A stretch of DNA of 64,000 nt from Malacoraja senta (Eukaryota): contig CM075987.1 of the NCBI GenBank assembly GCA_038087875.1, positions 24,120,001 through 24,184,000 on the forward strand, in the 5' to 3' direction. How positions within the stretch are numbered: position 1 is the first letter of the stretch; each line of letters begins with the position of its first letter. The notes beneath the pieces were generated by a model, which had not been told where the DNA came from, did no database searches, and saw nothing but the letters and a program-made list of their open reading frames with translations. This document shows positions 49,811-62,417 of this stretch, piece after piece. The position numbers were made by a program, and so were the translations under genes.

Positions 49811-50489
49811 CTGTCCATGACACTATGATCGTAACATTTTTTTCCACGCTAGCCTGAAAATTCAACAAAGAAATCGAAAGCGAGCATAACTTTCGAGCAG
49901 TATTAACATACCTCTCAATAAAGTGAGCTACGTTACATCAATCAAACCGGCCCAACACAGGCCAATACACAAAATACATATTCCAATCAGAATTATCCCT
50001 CGGAGACTCTAAACTGCAACTGAACCTCTCTGTGTTCTGGTCAAAGGAAATGGGGTAAGGTAATGTATTGGCACTGCAATGCAAATTTTAAATTCCACAA
50101 TGTGCTGCGGGATCATTGCCCAGTAAAACTGAAGATTGGTTAGCTGCTGAAAGTGCCAGCAGACACAATTAAGAGCTTTGGTTTCTTGTAGCAGCTGCAC
50201 AATTACCTGCCGCTCTCTAGGGCCTGTACTCCATGTGGTTGTCAGTGTGTACCTATTAAAAACTGATACATATCGTGTTGTGCCGTTATAATGACACTGG
50301 CACTCACTACCTTCACAAGAGAATGTTTTTGGAGTTAAACAGAACCTTTCCCCGCACATTCCTCACCTGTTGCAACCCAGATCTAAAAGCCTCCAGGTTA
50401 TAGGCCATGCAGTCCTTCACCTAAACCTAAACCGTGTTAGAATGTGCGGTACATTTAATGAGATTGTCACCATTTCAAAGTCACAATTA

Positions 50490-50985
50490 GAGTCCTACAG
50501 TGTGGAAACAGGCTCTTTGGCCCAACTTGCCCACACTGACCAACATGTCCCATCTACACTAGTCCCACTTGCCTGCATTTGGTCCATATCCCTCTAAACC
50601 TGTCCTATCCATGTACCTGTATAATTACTTCTTAAACGCCACCTCAACTACATCCTCTAGCAATTTGTTACATACACCCACCAACCTTTGCGTGAAAAAG
50701 TTACCTCCCTCTTCACCTGGATCTTACGTCTTCTGGGTTGCGATTCCCCTACTCTGGGCAAGAGACTCTGTGCGTCTACCGGATCTATTCCTCTCATGAA
50801 TTTATACACCTCGATAAGATCATCCCCTCCTTCTCCTCCTGCACTCCAAGGAAAAGAGTCCCAGCCTGCTCAGACCGTCGAGTCCTGGCAACACCCTTGT
50901 GAATCTTCTCTGCGCCCTTTCTGACTTTACAACGTCTTTCCTATAACATGGTGCCTGGAACTGGACACAACACTCTAATTGCGGC
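50490..50985 (-). mobile_element. CR1/HER1 3' fragment
   Basis: Reverse CR1 motifs. Confidence 0.8.
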
Positions 50986-51863
50986 ATTTGGCGGCAATTG
51001 GGAGCAACCTTGCGTCCTTTTCATTCTGGTTTCCAAGTGCAGTGGCATTTTGCAGCGGCATTTTGCTGCGATGACAAAACGTTCATCCTGCTGGTCATGC
51101 ACTGGATGTCGCTTTGACACGGTAATACAAGGAACCGCAAATGCTGGAATTCTGAGTTAAAAACAGAACGTTAGAGCAATTCAGCAGGTCAGGCCACATC
51201 TGTGGAGGGAATGGACAGGTGAAGTTTCGGTTCGGGGTAGACAAAAATGCTGGAGAAACTCAGCGGGTGAGGCAGCATCTATGGAGCAAAGGAATAGGTG
51301 ACGTTTTGGGTCGAGACCCTTCTTCAGACTGATGTGGAGGTGGTGGGGGGGGGGGGGGGGGAAGAAGAAAGGAAGAGGCTTCAGGGTGTTTCTGCAAGGG
51401 ACCCGTTACAACCATCTCGGCAGGTAAGTGAAGAAGGGAAAATAAAATTACTGTGCAACTTAAAATTTTCAGGACTAGGAACGAGAGATTTCTGTATTTA
51501 ATGGTATCAAGGGGTATGGTGGAAAAAGGCAGCCCCATGGGTAAAGGAACAAATTAATTATTGCGGAACATGTTCGAGAGGCTGTGCCCATCTCCTCTCT
51601 TTGCATTCAGCTGTGAATTACCTGGACCGGTTGCTGTTTCAAGCACATGAATGGCTGTGGAAACCTCACTGGTAATAAACAGTACATTCAATTTGAAGCA
51701 ATCACTGTCCCAATGGATCATCAGAGTCCTTGGTTGAAGATGCGGGATATTTTAATATTTTTAGTTTAGTTTTTAGTTTAGTTTAGAGATGCAGTGGGGA
51801 AACAGGCCCTTCCCCCCACCGAGTCGGCAGCGACCAGCGATCCCCGCGCATTAACACCACCCT

Positions 51864-51932
51864 GGCCCCATAGCAGAAGCGTCCACGTCGCTGGGGGCTG
51901 GAAACTGGAAGTATCCCGAGCTAATTCTGCTA
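51864..51932 (+). ncRNA. HDV-like (CPEB3-like) self-cleaving ribozyme candidate
   Basis: P1 GGCCCC/GGGGCT with G1.U wobble, P2 TAGCAGAA/TTCTGCTA (8/8), P3 GCG/CGC, L3 TCCACGT, P1.1 CC/GG, P4 GGA-AGTA-TCC, J4/2 CTAA. Confidence 0.8.
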
Positions 51933-52060
51933 CCACCGTCATCTATTGCGACAAGTGATGGCTCCCGCATTGATTGTCGCCGGAAGTTTGCGTCCTTTTC
52001 TGGACGGACGATGACAGCGATGTCAACATTTGAAACATGGAAGATCGACACGGAAGAAGA
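51864..52060 (+). mobile_element. Short ribozyme-headed retroposon, family B
   Basis: TSD ACACCACCCT / ACTCCACCCT; ends in CGGAAGAAGA; inserted antisense in a V-SINE. Confidence 0.8.
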
Positions 52061-52721
52061 ACTCCACCCTACACACACACGAGGGACAATTTTACATTTA
52101 TACCCGTCCAATTAACCTACAAACCTGCACGTCTTTGGAGTGTGGGAGGAAACCGATGATCTCGGAGAAAACCCACGCAGGTCACGGGGGGGGGGAGCGT
52201 ACAAACTCCGTACAGACAGCACCCGTTGTCAGGATCGAACCCGGGTCTCTAGCTCTGTAAGGCAGTAGTTCTACCACTGCACCACCGTGCCGTACATCCC
52301 ATTTGTACTCAACTACACAATTATCACAGAAAGCAATAAACTTTTGAATCAGAGTTCTTGAATTTCCTTATCGTCTTGACGATGGAATTATGAGATTAGC
52401 AGATATTATAGTGTTGCCATATAAATCCTTAAACTTTGAAACCAGGCTAATATTTGAGAGCTTAACTATATGGCCTCAGCGGCATGTTGCAAATGATCCT
52501 CATTTCTAGTGAGCCTGTACGATTCCTGGACCAGCTGCATTTAGCTCGTTGCACATTGCAATGAATAAAAGAACGTTATTTAACATTTAAACATAAACTC
52601 AAAGAGCACCTCATCTTCCAACTTCCTCGCAAACATTATCAAAAGCAGAAAGTCTGAAATACTAATTATTTATGAGAGCTTTTAGATGTTTTAGATACCT
52701 TTTAAAACTTAAAAGTAGAAT

Positions 52722-52996
52722 TTTAGTTTGGTTTGGATTAGAGATACAGTGCAGAAACAGGCCCTTCGGCCCACCGAGTCCGTGCCGGCCAGCGATCCCC
52801 GCACACAAACACATCCGACACACACCAGGGACAATTTACATTTATACCAAGCCAATTAACCTACAAACCTGTACGCCTTTGGAGTGTGGGAGGAAACCGG
52901 AGCACCCGGAGAAAACCCACGCAGTCACACTGAGAACGTACAAACCCGGGTCTCTGGCGCTGTAAGGCAGCAACTCTACCGCTGCGCCACCGTGCT
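52722..52996 (-). mobile_element. V-SINE (internal deletion)
   Basis: Reverse SINE consensus. Confidence 0.85.
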
Positions 52997-53344
52997 GAAT
53001 TTAAAATAAATTCACTTCATTCTGTAATACCTTGTAAATGCCCGTATACGTCAGAAGCTTTCAGAGACATGTAAAAATTCTTACACCTTTTGCAGGTGTA
53101 TTAAGGGGAAAGTGGTCCCTCAGAAAATCTTTGGCTGGGTCGTCAGTGTGTACTCCATAACACTACTCAGGATACCTTAGCCCAGTGAAATGAAAGACCT
53201 AGATCGAGTGGACATAGAACGGATGTTTTCTGGAATGGGAGAATCTAGAACCAGCAGGCAGAGCCTTAGAACAGCCTCAGCCTCAGCCTACAGAGAGATC
53301 AGCGGTAGCTGATGGAGCTACCAGCGGTAGCGGTAGAGAGGCCC

Positions 53345-53650
53345 AGCGGTAGAGCTACTGCCTTACAGTGCCAGAGACCCGGGTTCGATCCTCACTACGG
53401 GCGCTTGTCTGTATGGAGTTTGTACATTCTCTCCCTGTGACCTGTGTGGGTTTGCACCAAGATCTTCTGTTTCCTCCCACACTCCAAAGATGGACTGGTT
53501 TGTTGGTTAATTGGCTTGATATAAATGTACAAAAAATGTCCCTGGTGTGTGCAGGGTAGTGTTAATGTGTGGGGATCGCTGGTTGGCGGGGACTCGGTGG
53601 GCCGAAGGGCCTGTTTCCACACTGCATCTCTAAATCTAAAACTAAAACAA
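53345..53650 (+). mobile_element. V-SINE
   Basis: SINE consensus. Confidence 0.85.
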
Positions 53651-55362
53651 AATGGTAATTTGCTCCATATGACAATAAATGAGCTCAGCTTCTAATATGC
53701 TATTTGAACCGACGTTAAAGAATAAAAAGAATAAAAGAATATCACCATCTATATCACCGTCTACATCTCTCATTTCCCTTTCCCCTGACTCTCAGTCTGA
53801 AGAAGGGTCTCGACCCAAACATCACCTATTCATTTTCTCCAGCGATGTTGTCTGACCCGCTGAGTTACTCCAGCTTTTTGTGTCTATTTTCGATTTAAAC
53901 CAGCATCCGCAGTTCCTTCCAAAACATTAACAAATAGGACTGGACATTTTTGGTCATTGGTGGCTGGATGACTTCTATTCTTTAATGTTAGTTAAATAGC
54001 TTATTAGAAGCTTATTAGGAGCGAGTCAAGTCGACTCTGTTGTCATATGGAGCAAATGACCATTCTGATTGATTATTCCCCTTATTAATCTCATTATTGA
54101 AATTGCATTGCACAAATTCAACAGACATTGAACCACGAGTGTCCCCCAGCGCGTGGAAGAAAATAAAGTAATGAACTCCGTTAGAAATAGGCCCACCTGG
54201 ATACTATTGCCAGAAGTGAAAACACTTGCATTGCTTCAAGTAAAGGGTTGCAATCGTGAAATGAAAGGATGTAGGGGATAAATACACCTCAGGCTCTTTA
54301 GGTTTCCTGTCTAGCTACCCCTATTACATTGGAGTCATGATTTATCCTCAGTCAGAGTTGGCAATCCAGTCAAAACAGTCTGTCTAGTTCATATACTATG
54401 GAAGATGACCCATTCACAGAAGACTGTGTGTATTTCCTTGAACGAAATCCGGCAAAATTCCTAGAAATTGGCTCTTTCTTTTTTATTTGGAATATTCTTC
54501 CTGCCAATTTGTGTAATACCTTCACGACCAAGCCAATCACTAGGTTTCAGCCAAAAGTATGTGGGAATTCTTGATAGTACCTAAATAGCAAAAGGCCTGG
54601 ATAGAGTGGATGTGGAGAGGATATTTCCACTAGTGGGAGAGTGGGCTATGACCTCTTTGTCCTAGATTCTCCCACCAGTGGAAACAGCCTCGCCACATCC
54701 ACTCTCTAACCAGGCCGTATTTCTGTTCCATTCGGTTATTATTTTTGTGCAGGAAGGAACTGCAGATGCTGGTTTACACCGAAGATAGACACAAAATGCT
54801 GAAGTAACTCAGCGGGGCAAGACAGGCAGCATCTCTGGAGAGAAGGCATGGGTGACATTTCGGGTCCTTACCCTTCCATATCTCTAGTCTCCCTCTCCCC
54901 TGACTCTCAGTCTGAATTAAAGGAATTAAAGGGCATTCCTTCAGGAAGACATGTGGAGGAATTTGTTTAATCAGAGGGTGGTGAATCTGTGGAATTCATT
55001 GCCACAGAAGGTTGTGGAGGCCAAGTCAATGGATATTTTTAAGGCAGAAATAGATCGATTAATTACCTATTCCTTTTCTCCAGAGATGCTGCCTGACTCA
55101 ACGAGTTACTCCACAATTCTGCATCTACCTTCAGTGTAAACCAGCATCCGCAGTTCCTCCCTACACAATACCATTTTAATTTCATTTTTATGCACGCTCT
55201 TGGAGTATTTTTGCAGTCTGAAGAAGGGTCTCAACCTGAAATGTCACCCATTCCTTCTCCCCAGAGATGCTGCCTGTCCCGCTGAGTTACTCCAGCCTTT
55301 TGTGTCTGTCTTCGGTTTAAACCAGCATCTGCAGTCCCTTCCTACACATACTAAGCATGTTC

Positions 55363-55773
55363 TTCTCCGTGGATTGTTCCTTCGTCGTGGTGGAGAAGCT
55401 TGTGTGGTCCTGAGATCCTGAGAGCGATGCCGTCTAGAGCTATGCTCCTGGTAGGGCCACCCATGGCAGTAAGGTCGAGGGGGAGGTCCCTGACAAAGAG
55501 CAATCCAACCAAGACCTCAACGGTGGAACAAGCGGAGGACGATGGCTGACCTTAGTGGAGCGTCACAACGGCTGGGAAGGCGGATGAAGTCTGCAGTAGA
55601 ATAGGGTCCCCGGTCGTCTTGGATTCCATGCCACTGGATCCTGACCCAGATCTGTCAAGGACCGTGGGGTGGCTGTCTGTGCACCAGTCTCCCCACGTTA
55701 AACAAAGTCACGCACAGGCGTCCTCCATGAGAGGACAATCATACTCGTTTCGAGTGACCGCCGATGATGATGA
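55363..55773 (+). mobile_element. Non-autonomous RTE-derived element, copy 2
   Basis: Near-identical to 14242-14607; (GAT)n tail; possible TSD CATGTT. Confidence 0.75.
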
Positions 55774-55844
55774 ACCATGTTACTGGCACTCACATCCAAT
55801 CGTGTATTCGGCCTTCAAACAAATTGCAGTGGTTGTCACATTTA

Positions 55845-56223
55845 AGGGCCTGTCCCACTTTCCCGAGCTGCTCGTGAATTCTCCCGAGTTTTCCCCTTGA
55901 TTCAAACTCGGAGAATGTTCGTGACGGGCCGTAGGAGTCCGTAGATATATCGTAGCGGCTCGTTATGTCAGCCGTAGGTACTCGGGCCATCAGGTAAGTC
56001 GGGACGGTTTTTCCAGCATGACAAAAAATGTCCACGAGTAAAAAGCTAGTAGTGAGGAGAAAGATTGCAACATTTAATGCCCCGAGTACCCACGGCTGAC
56101 ATAACGAGCCGCTACGATAAATCTACGGACTACTACGGCCCCGTTACGAACATTCTCCGAGTTTGAATCAAGGGGAAAACTCGGGAGAATTCGTGAGCAG
56201 CTCGGGAAAGTGGGACAGGCCCT
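55845..56223. mobile_element. Harbinger-type MITE with ~145-bp inverted arms
   Basis: TIR AGGGCCTGTCCCACTTTCCCGAGCTGCTC / GAGCAGCTCGGGAAAGTGGGACAGGCCCT; exact TTA TSD. Confidence 0.88.
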
Positions 56224-57790
56224 TTACTGTTTTAATTAAAATGTGAATTGCTGTGGCATTCGTGGAAGGCTGAGATAGACATCTCAATAGCATCATCAGT
56301 TAAATATGCCAGGTATGTCTCAGTGATAGCATTTTGATTCTCACAATCAGAAGGCATTGGGTCCAAATCTGATTCCCAAGACCAGAACACCCACTGCCTG
56401 AAGAAGGGTCTCGACCCGAAACGTCACCCATTTCTTCTCTCCAGAGATGCTTCCAGTCCCACTGAGTTACTCCAGCATTTTGTGTCTATCTTCATTGCTG
56501 GATTATTGCTGTTTCTGTCTTTGAAATGAATCTTTATCTATGTCCATGCTGATAAAGAAATTTAACAGATTCCTATTCACAAAGTTAGAGCAGCTATCTG
56601 GGATTAACATTTATCTCCGAAACCAATAGCAAAATGAAAGGTAATTAGATCATCACCAAATTGCTGCTTGGAGCTCCTTGCAAATGTACAAAATGTCCCA
56701 TCACAGTACATTCCATACATTCATTACTGTAATTGCATTTCAAAATTTATCATAGTGGAACATCCACTGACATTTTTTTAACCGATTCACTGTAATATTT
56801 TCACACCACGGCAAGCAACTGCCTCTGTGGTCATTTGACATCATCTTCCTGCTAAAGAAAAGTGTTTAGCCTGAAGTTACTTATGTGGGGAAGAAGAGGT
56901 TGAGAGACATAAGGTGATCTGAACTCACATGACTGAAGCTCTTTGCGTGATGTTTGATATGAAGAAGTTCCCATATGTAGTATATTTTATACCCGGTGCT
57001 ACTTTCTTTCTGTTAAGATTTTTCACCTTTTCATTAACTCACCCCATTGTAAGTACGAGCAGAGAGAATGAATAGGTGATCGCTGGTCGGTGCGGAGGGC
57101 TGAAGGGCATGTTTCCGCGGTGTTTCTCTAAAGTCCAAAGTAAATCCCAAAGACGTGTGAGTTTGTGGGTTAATTAGCCTTGGTAAATTGCCACTAAGAT
57201 GTCGGGGAAGAATGCAAAAATGGGATAACATAGAATAAGTGTGGATGGGAGATTGATGGTTGCTATGGACCCTGTGGGCCAAAGGGCCTGTTTCCATCCT
57301 CTGTCTTTCAATCAGACTATCAAATGGCATTGATTCCCTTTGAAATCATGAAACAGTTAGCAGGAAATCGAGGACATAAACCTTGTTTACTGCACTGAGG
57401 ATGATCTTAGAGTGATGCCTTTCTCTGACAATTCAGAGAGACAGACTCATCATTTATGCAAAGTTAGATTCAACTTTTGATGCATTCAATTGTGGAGTAA
57501 AAATCCCAATGACAAGAATAATAGCAAAACAGTCAATCAAAATGCTTTTATGCGTTCAATACCTAATTCAGCATTATTTGATAAAGGTCACCTCATTAAT
57601 TATCTCTAGTTTGTTTCTGGGAAATGATCACATTTTATTTCTTACTTCATTTAGGTTGGTAACATTAACACTTTAATTTTGATCAAAAGAATTCTGACGT
57701 TAAATTGCTGAAAATCGTACTTTCTTCATGAGGTGTAAAATTAGACTCGATGAAAGCCGTTCTGATACGGTGTCTGTATCATACGCACTG

Positions 57791-58035
57791 TGCACGGTGG
57801 CGCAGCGGTAGAGTTGCTGCCTTGCAGCGCCAGAGACCCGGGTTCGATCCTGACTACGGGTGCTGTCTGTACGGAGTTTGTACCTTCTCCCCCTGAACTG
57901 CGTGGGTTTTCTCCGAGATCTTTGGTCTCCTCCCACACTCCGAAGGCTTGGTATAAGTGTAAAATTGTCCCTATTATGTGTAGGATAGTGCGGACTCGGT
58001 GGGCTGAAGGGCCTGTTTCCACGCTGTATCTCCAA
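57791..58035 (+). mobile_element. V-SINE (internal deletions)
   Basis: SINE consensus. Confidence 0.8.
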
Positions 58036-58134
58036 ATTTATGGCAGCCGTTACCTGGGATACTTGCTCATTTTAGGTAGAGGCACATCTGCATCTCTTCC
58101 CCAAAGAGTAGGCAGATTAGACTTTATGGATCGA

Positions 58135-58580
58135 CCGTGGAAACTGGCCCTTCGGCCCACCGAGTCTGCGCCAAGCACCCCGTACACTAACGCTATCCGA
58201 TATACAAGGGGATATTTACAATTTTACCCAAGCCAATTAACCTACAAACCTGTACGTCCTTAGGGTGTGGGAGGAAACCGGAGCACACGGAGAAAACCCA
58301 CGCAGGCCATGGGGATATAGACACAAAACGCTGGAGTAACTCAGCAGGACATGCAGCTTCTCTGGAGAGCAGGAATGGGTGACTTTTCTTGTCAAGACTC
58401 ATGGTCTTGACCCGAAACGTCACTCATTCCTTCTCTCCAGCGATGCTGCCCGTCCTGCTGAGTTACTCCAGCGTTTTGTGTCTCTCTTTGGTTCAAACAA
58501 GCATCTGCAGTTCCTTCATACACACAAGACTTGGGGAAAATGTATAAACCAGTAGTCAAGATCGAAACCGGGTCCCTGGC
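58135..58580 (-). mobile_element. V-SINE interrupted by Penelope inverted pair (~58315-58525)
   Basis: Reverse SINE motifs either side of the pseudo-LTR arms. Confidence 0.7.
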
Positions 58581-60205
58581 ACACTGTGTATTGATTGACA
58601 TAACAATCTGCCCACACACACATCCAAACACTTTGCCCAACTAATGTCCCTTCCAACAGAGCAGATGCTATGACACAAGCTACAAATGAATGTGCACATA
58701 CGTCAAATGGGCACCTACGACTGAGCTAAAGTTTATAGTTAATAGGTGACGTCAAAGTTCTGGTGAGTGTGCAAAGATTGGCAGAGGGAACAATACCAAA
58801 AGAATGGGAGCTTTTAGAATTAAGACAACACGTTCCAAATATTACATCTATTTGTTTTTTGGAAACAAGAGCTTGGCAAACATTGTGATTCCAGCATTTA
58901 GAATAACAGAAGGTTTGGCCTCAGTCAGATTGGATGGGCTATTTTGATATGGATAGGGGGTGGCAGCAGGATACTGCATGCTTATGAAGGATGGGCACGT
59001 TAGGTGCCAGAAAGCATTTGTTTTCCGAATTGTTGGCTTCTGGGCCATTTGCTGGCTATGGATCCTCTGCATTGCTTAAACAGAGGGTTTGGAAGCAAGC
59101 ATTCACATTTGGAAAGGAAAGGATGCATGCCATTTCGCCGCAATTATGAGTTATGACCACACTTCTGCTCATCCACCCCGCTGCATCTTCCTATGCAGCT
59201 CAACATTTGATGGCAGTTCCTGTGAACCACTCGGCAGTGTTTAGCTACCCTGAAGGTGCAGTTCTGGTCACTCCATTGCAGGAAGAGTTTGGGGAGGGTT
59301 CAGAAGAGGTTCAACAGAATGCTGCCCGGATATCAGCCATAAGGATGGGCAAACTTGGATTGTTTTCTCCGGAGCGTCGGAGGCTGAAAGAGTGACCTGA
59401 TAGGAGTATATAGAATTCTGAGAGGCATAGATAGGGTAGACAGTCAGAACTTTTTTCCCAGCGTGAGAGAGGCAAAGTTTTAAAGGAGATGTGCGGGGCA
59501 GTTTTTTCTCAAAGAGTGATAGATGCCTTGAACATGCTGCTAGGGGTGGTTGCACAGGAGATTAGTTTAATGTTGGCATGAGGAACTGCAGATGGTGGTT
59601 TACAAAAAAACACATAAAATGATCCGAAACAACACCTACCCATATCCTCCAGAGATGTTAAATATCCATGTTCTCCAGAGATGCTGCCTGTCCTGCTGAG
59701 TTACTCCAGGTTTCTTGTGTCTGCCTTGGACCGACAGGACTCATCGACAGTCGTTGGTCCAAGAAAAGTCAGCAGCAACGTATCCATTTCCCTCAGTAAT
59801 CGGTTGAGTGAGATTTCTGGAAAGAGAATCAAAATTGTTTTGCTTGATGTGCTCAGGGAAGAACTTCATGTTGAATTAAGACGACAATTTCTTGTCCGCA
59901 ACTTTCCTTTCCTGATGTTTCAACGAGATTGAGCCAAAATCTACATGAGGGCTTCCAAGTGTGTGATTGTGATAGTGGCTACGCATCCAGTCCGTGCCAA
60001 GTTGAAGCTGCGTGAGGTTCATTGACAGCCTGGAGCAAGTGGGGATGGTCTCCTTTATAAGTGCATGTTGAAGGACAATGGAGGACCCTGCGTGGGAGGG
60101 GGGGGGGTCCGCTGTGGGGGAGGGGGAAGAACAATGGACAATGGGGGCCCGGCGTTGGAAAGAAGGAGGGGAGGGGGACAAAGGAGGAGCCGGTGTACTT
60201 TGTAA

Positions 60206-60799
60206 AAGGCCTGTCTCACGGGTCTGCGGTCTATGGCGGCGAAACGGGAGGAATCTGCCGCCATAGACCGCGCACTCGTGAGAAAGTACAATTCCCGGGC
60301 CGTGCGGCGGTGTTCCGAACACCGCGCGGTGCTAAAATAAAATCGACAATGTCCAAAACGTAATACTCACCGCACAACCTCCACCAGTGATGCACGAGTG
60401 CGGCACGGCCGCTCGCACGGGCCGCCGCCAGTATGGCTCGAGCGCCGTGCGTCAAACCTCCACTGCCACAGCCTCCGCCAGTGACGCACGTGCCGCCGCC
60501 AGTGAGGCATGTGTGCTGCACGGCCGCAGGCACAGCCACCGCTACAGCGCCGCGATCAGGAAGGCCGCCGCCACAGTCACGTGCTGGTGAGTCACGTGCG
60601 GCGGGCCGACGTCATCGCAGTCGGCCCGCCCTTTTTTTACTTACCGCAAGCACGTGGGACCCGCCGTGTTTGAATTAACTCGGCCCCTGCGCAGCATCCG
60701 TGCGGCGCTCCGGTGGATAGGCTCGACGCTATCGCCGTCCTCGCTACCGGCGACGCCGCGCTTCACCGCCGATGACCGCAAACAGGTAAGACAGAGCCT
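60206..60799. mobile_element. CpG-rich Harbinger-type MITE inserted in a Rex1-like tail
   Basis: Imperfect TIR AAGGCCTGTCTCACGG / GGTAAGACAGAGCCT; flanks TAA / TTA; host reads ..TACTTTGTAA|CTTTGTCAGCGC.. Confidence 0.6.
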
Positions 60800-61476
60800 T
60801 TACTTTGTCAGCGCTGTTTAAGTGGCCACTATTTGTATACCCTGTGTCTGCAAGCAAATAACTTATCTGTGCCGTGTCACATGTGTCAATAAAGTCTTCC
60901 ATTCCATGTTGTTGCTATTGTTTACGAGACAGTTAATATGACGATTAATAGCCACTGTGAGAAACAATATTACTTAAAATCTTTCAGGGCTTTACCCTGA
61001 GCCATACTATCTACTTTATTAAAATATCTGAGTTATATCACCGCAAGCTCCCATTTGTTATGAAAAAAAACAATTTTCAATTAAATTATCCATATTTTAT
61101 GTAAGAAAGTGCTTGTATATCAAATGTCCTGTAAGGACCTTTGGGACATTAGAATGACTTGAATAGTGTTAAGAAATTGATGTGTTTTGTTTACTGTGGT
61201 CTTGGATGAAAAATTGGTGGCTTCAAGACTCAGTAGATTTTGCATCTCTGAATTCTGACTCGGTCACGAGCTACCTGCTGAATTTGTGCCCACCTTTACT
61301 GGAGACATGAAAGCTACGGACAGCACAGAGAATGGGCAGTGATCATTCTCAGGGTGCATGTCCGAGATGGCACTCAGCCAAGGGTTTGGCTTGCTAGATG
61401 CCAATGGGTTTTCGAAAAGTTGGATAACCCCAACACTGGATGCAGGTTATGGGACACAACAGAGGAGTGAAATTGT

Positions 61477-61806
61477 GGCACGGTGGCGCAGCAGTAGAGT
61501 TGCTTCCTCACAGTGTCAAAGACCTGGGTCCGATCCTGACTACGGGTGCTGTCTGTACGGAGTTTGTACGTTCTCCCTGTGACCGCCTGGGATTTTCCTG
61601 GCTGCTCCAGTTTCCTCCCAGGCTCCAAAGACGAACAGGTTTGTGGGATCATTGGCTCTGGTATAATTGTAAATTATCCCTAGAGTGTGTAGGATAGTGT
61701 TAATGTGCGGGGATCGCTGGTCGGCGCGGACCCGGTCGACCAAAGAGCCTTTTCCTGGGCTGTATCTCCAAACTAAACTAAACTAAACTAAACTAAACTA
61801 AACTAA
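61477..61806 (+). mobile_element. V-SINE full length
   Basis: SINE consensus plus (AAACT)n. Confidence 0.9.
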
Positions 61807-62417
61807 ATTTAAAAAAACCTTCTTATTTGCCTTTATACGGTCATTCCTTTCACAGGGATGATCCAGATTGGAACCTGTCATTATTTAATTGGCAATTTAC
61901 CGTGGTATAGTAATTGAAAACAGTTTTAATCATTCACAAATGCATGGATATTTATAATTTTTGGTCACAATTCGTACATATATCATAAATTGCCTTGAAT
62001 GTCCACGAACAAACCCTGCGTGATTGATATTTTGAATGCACGCATGCTAAATTTGGTCGAAACACCATATTCTCCACATGGACCAAATAGAGAGATGGAA
62101 TTCAGCAATTTAAGAAATAAATTGTAACTCATCAAAACGCTATGTTTAATTTAATTCATTTGGACCGACAAAACTCAGGTGATCTCAGATTTCAAAAACT
62201 CTAGTTTTGAGAGTACGACATCATTACCTTTCTGGGAAATAATGACCTGCTTCTGGCGAGTTTTGAATAACTGGAACATCGTAATATTGTTTAACGTTAA
62301 CCTCATTGACCAGTCATCCACCTCCAGTTCTTTGCGTTCAGAATATTTTTCAATGGATCAGGTTTTAAACACACGCTGGACATTTGCTTTGGCCTAGCTT
62401 TTGCTTTCTCAAACCTA

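Larger units (their letters stand above)
51762..52292 (-). mobile_element. V-SINE interrupted by 51864-52060 insertion
   Basis: Tail 51762-51863, body 52061-52292. Confidence 0.85.

Noticed and set aside
59740..59870. Short minus-strand ORF MKFFPEHIKQNN..
   Set aside because: About 42 aa, unrecognised, expected by chance
62228..62396. Possible minus-strand exon (EKYSERKELEVDDW..) with GTAAT donor
   Set aside because: In-frame TGA after the nearest acceptor; no recognised protein; needs RNA-seq
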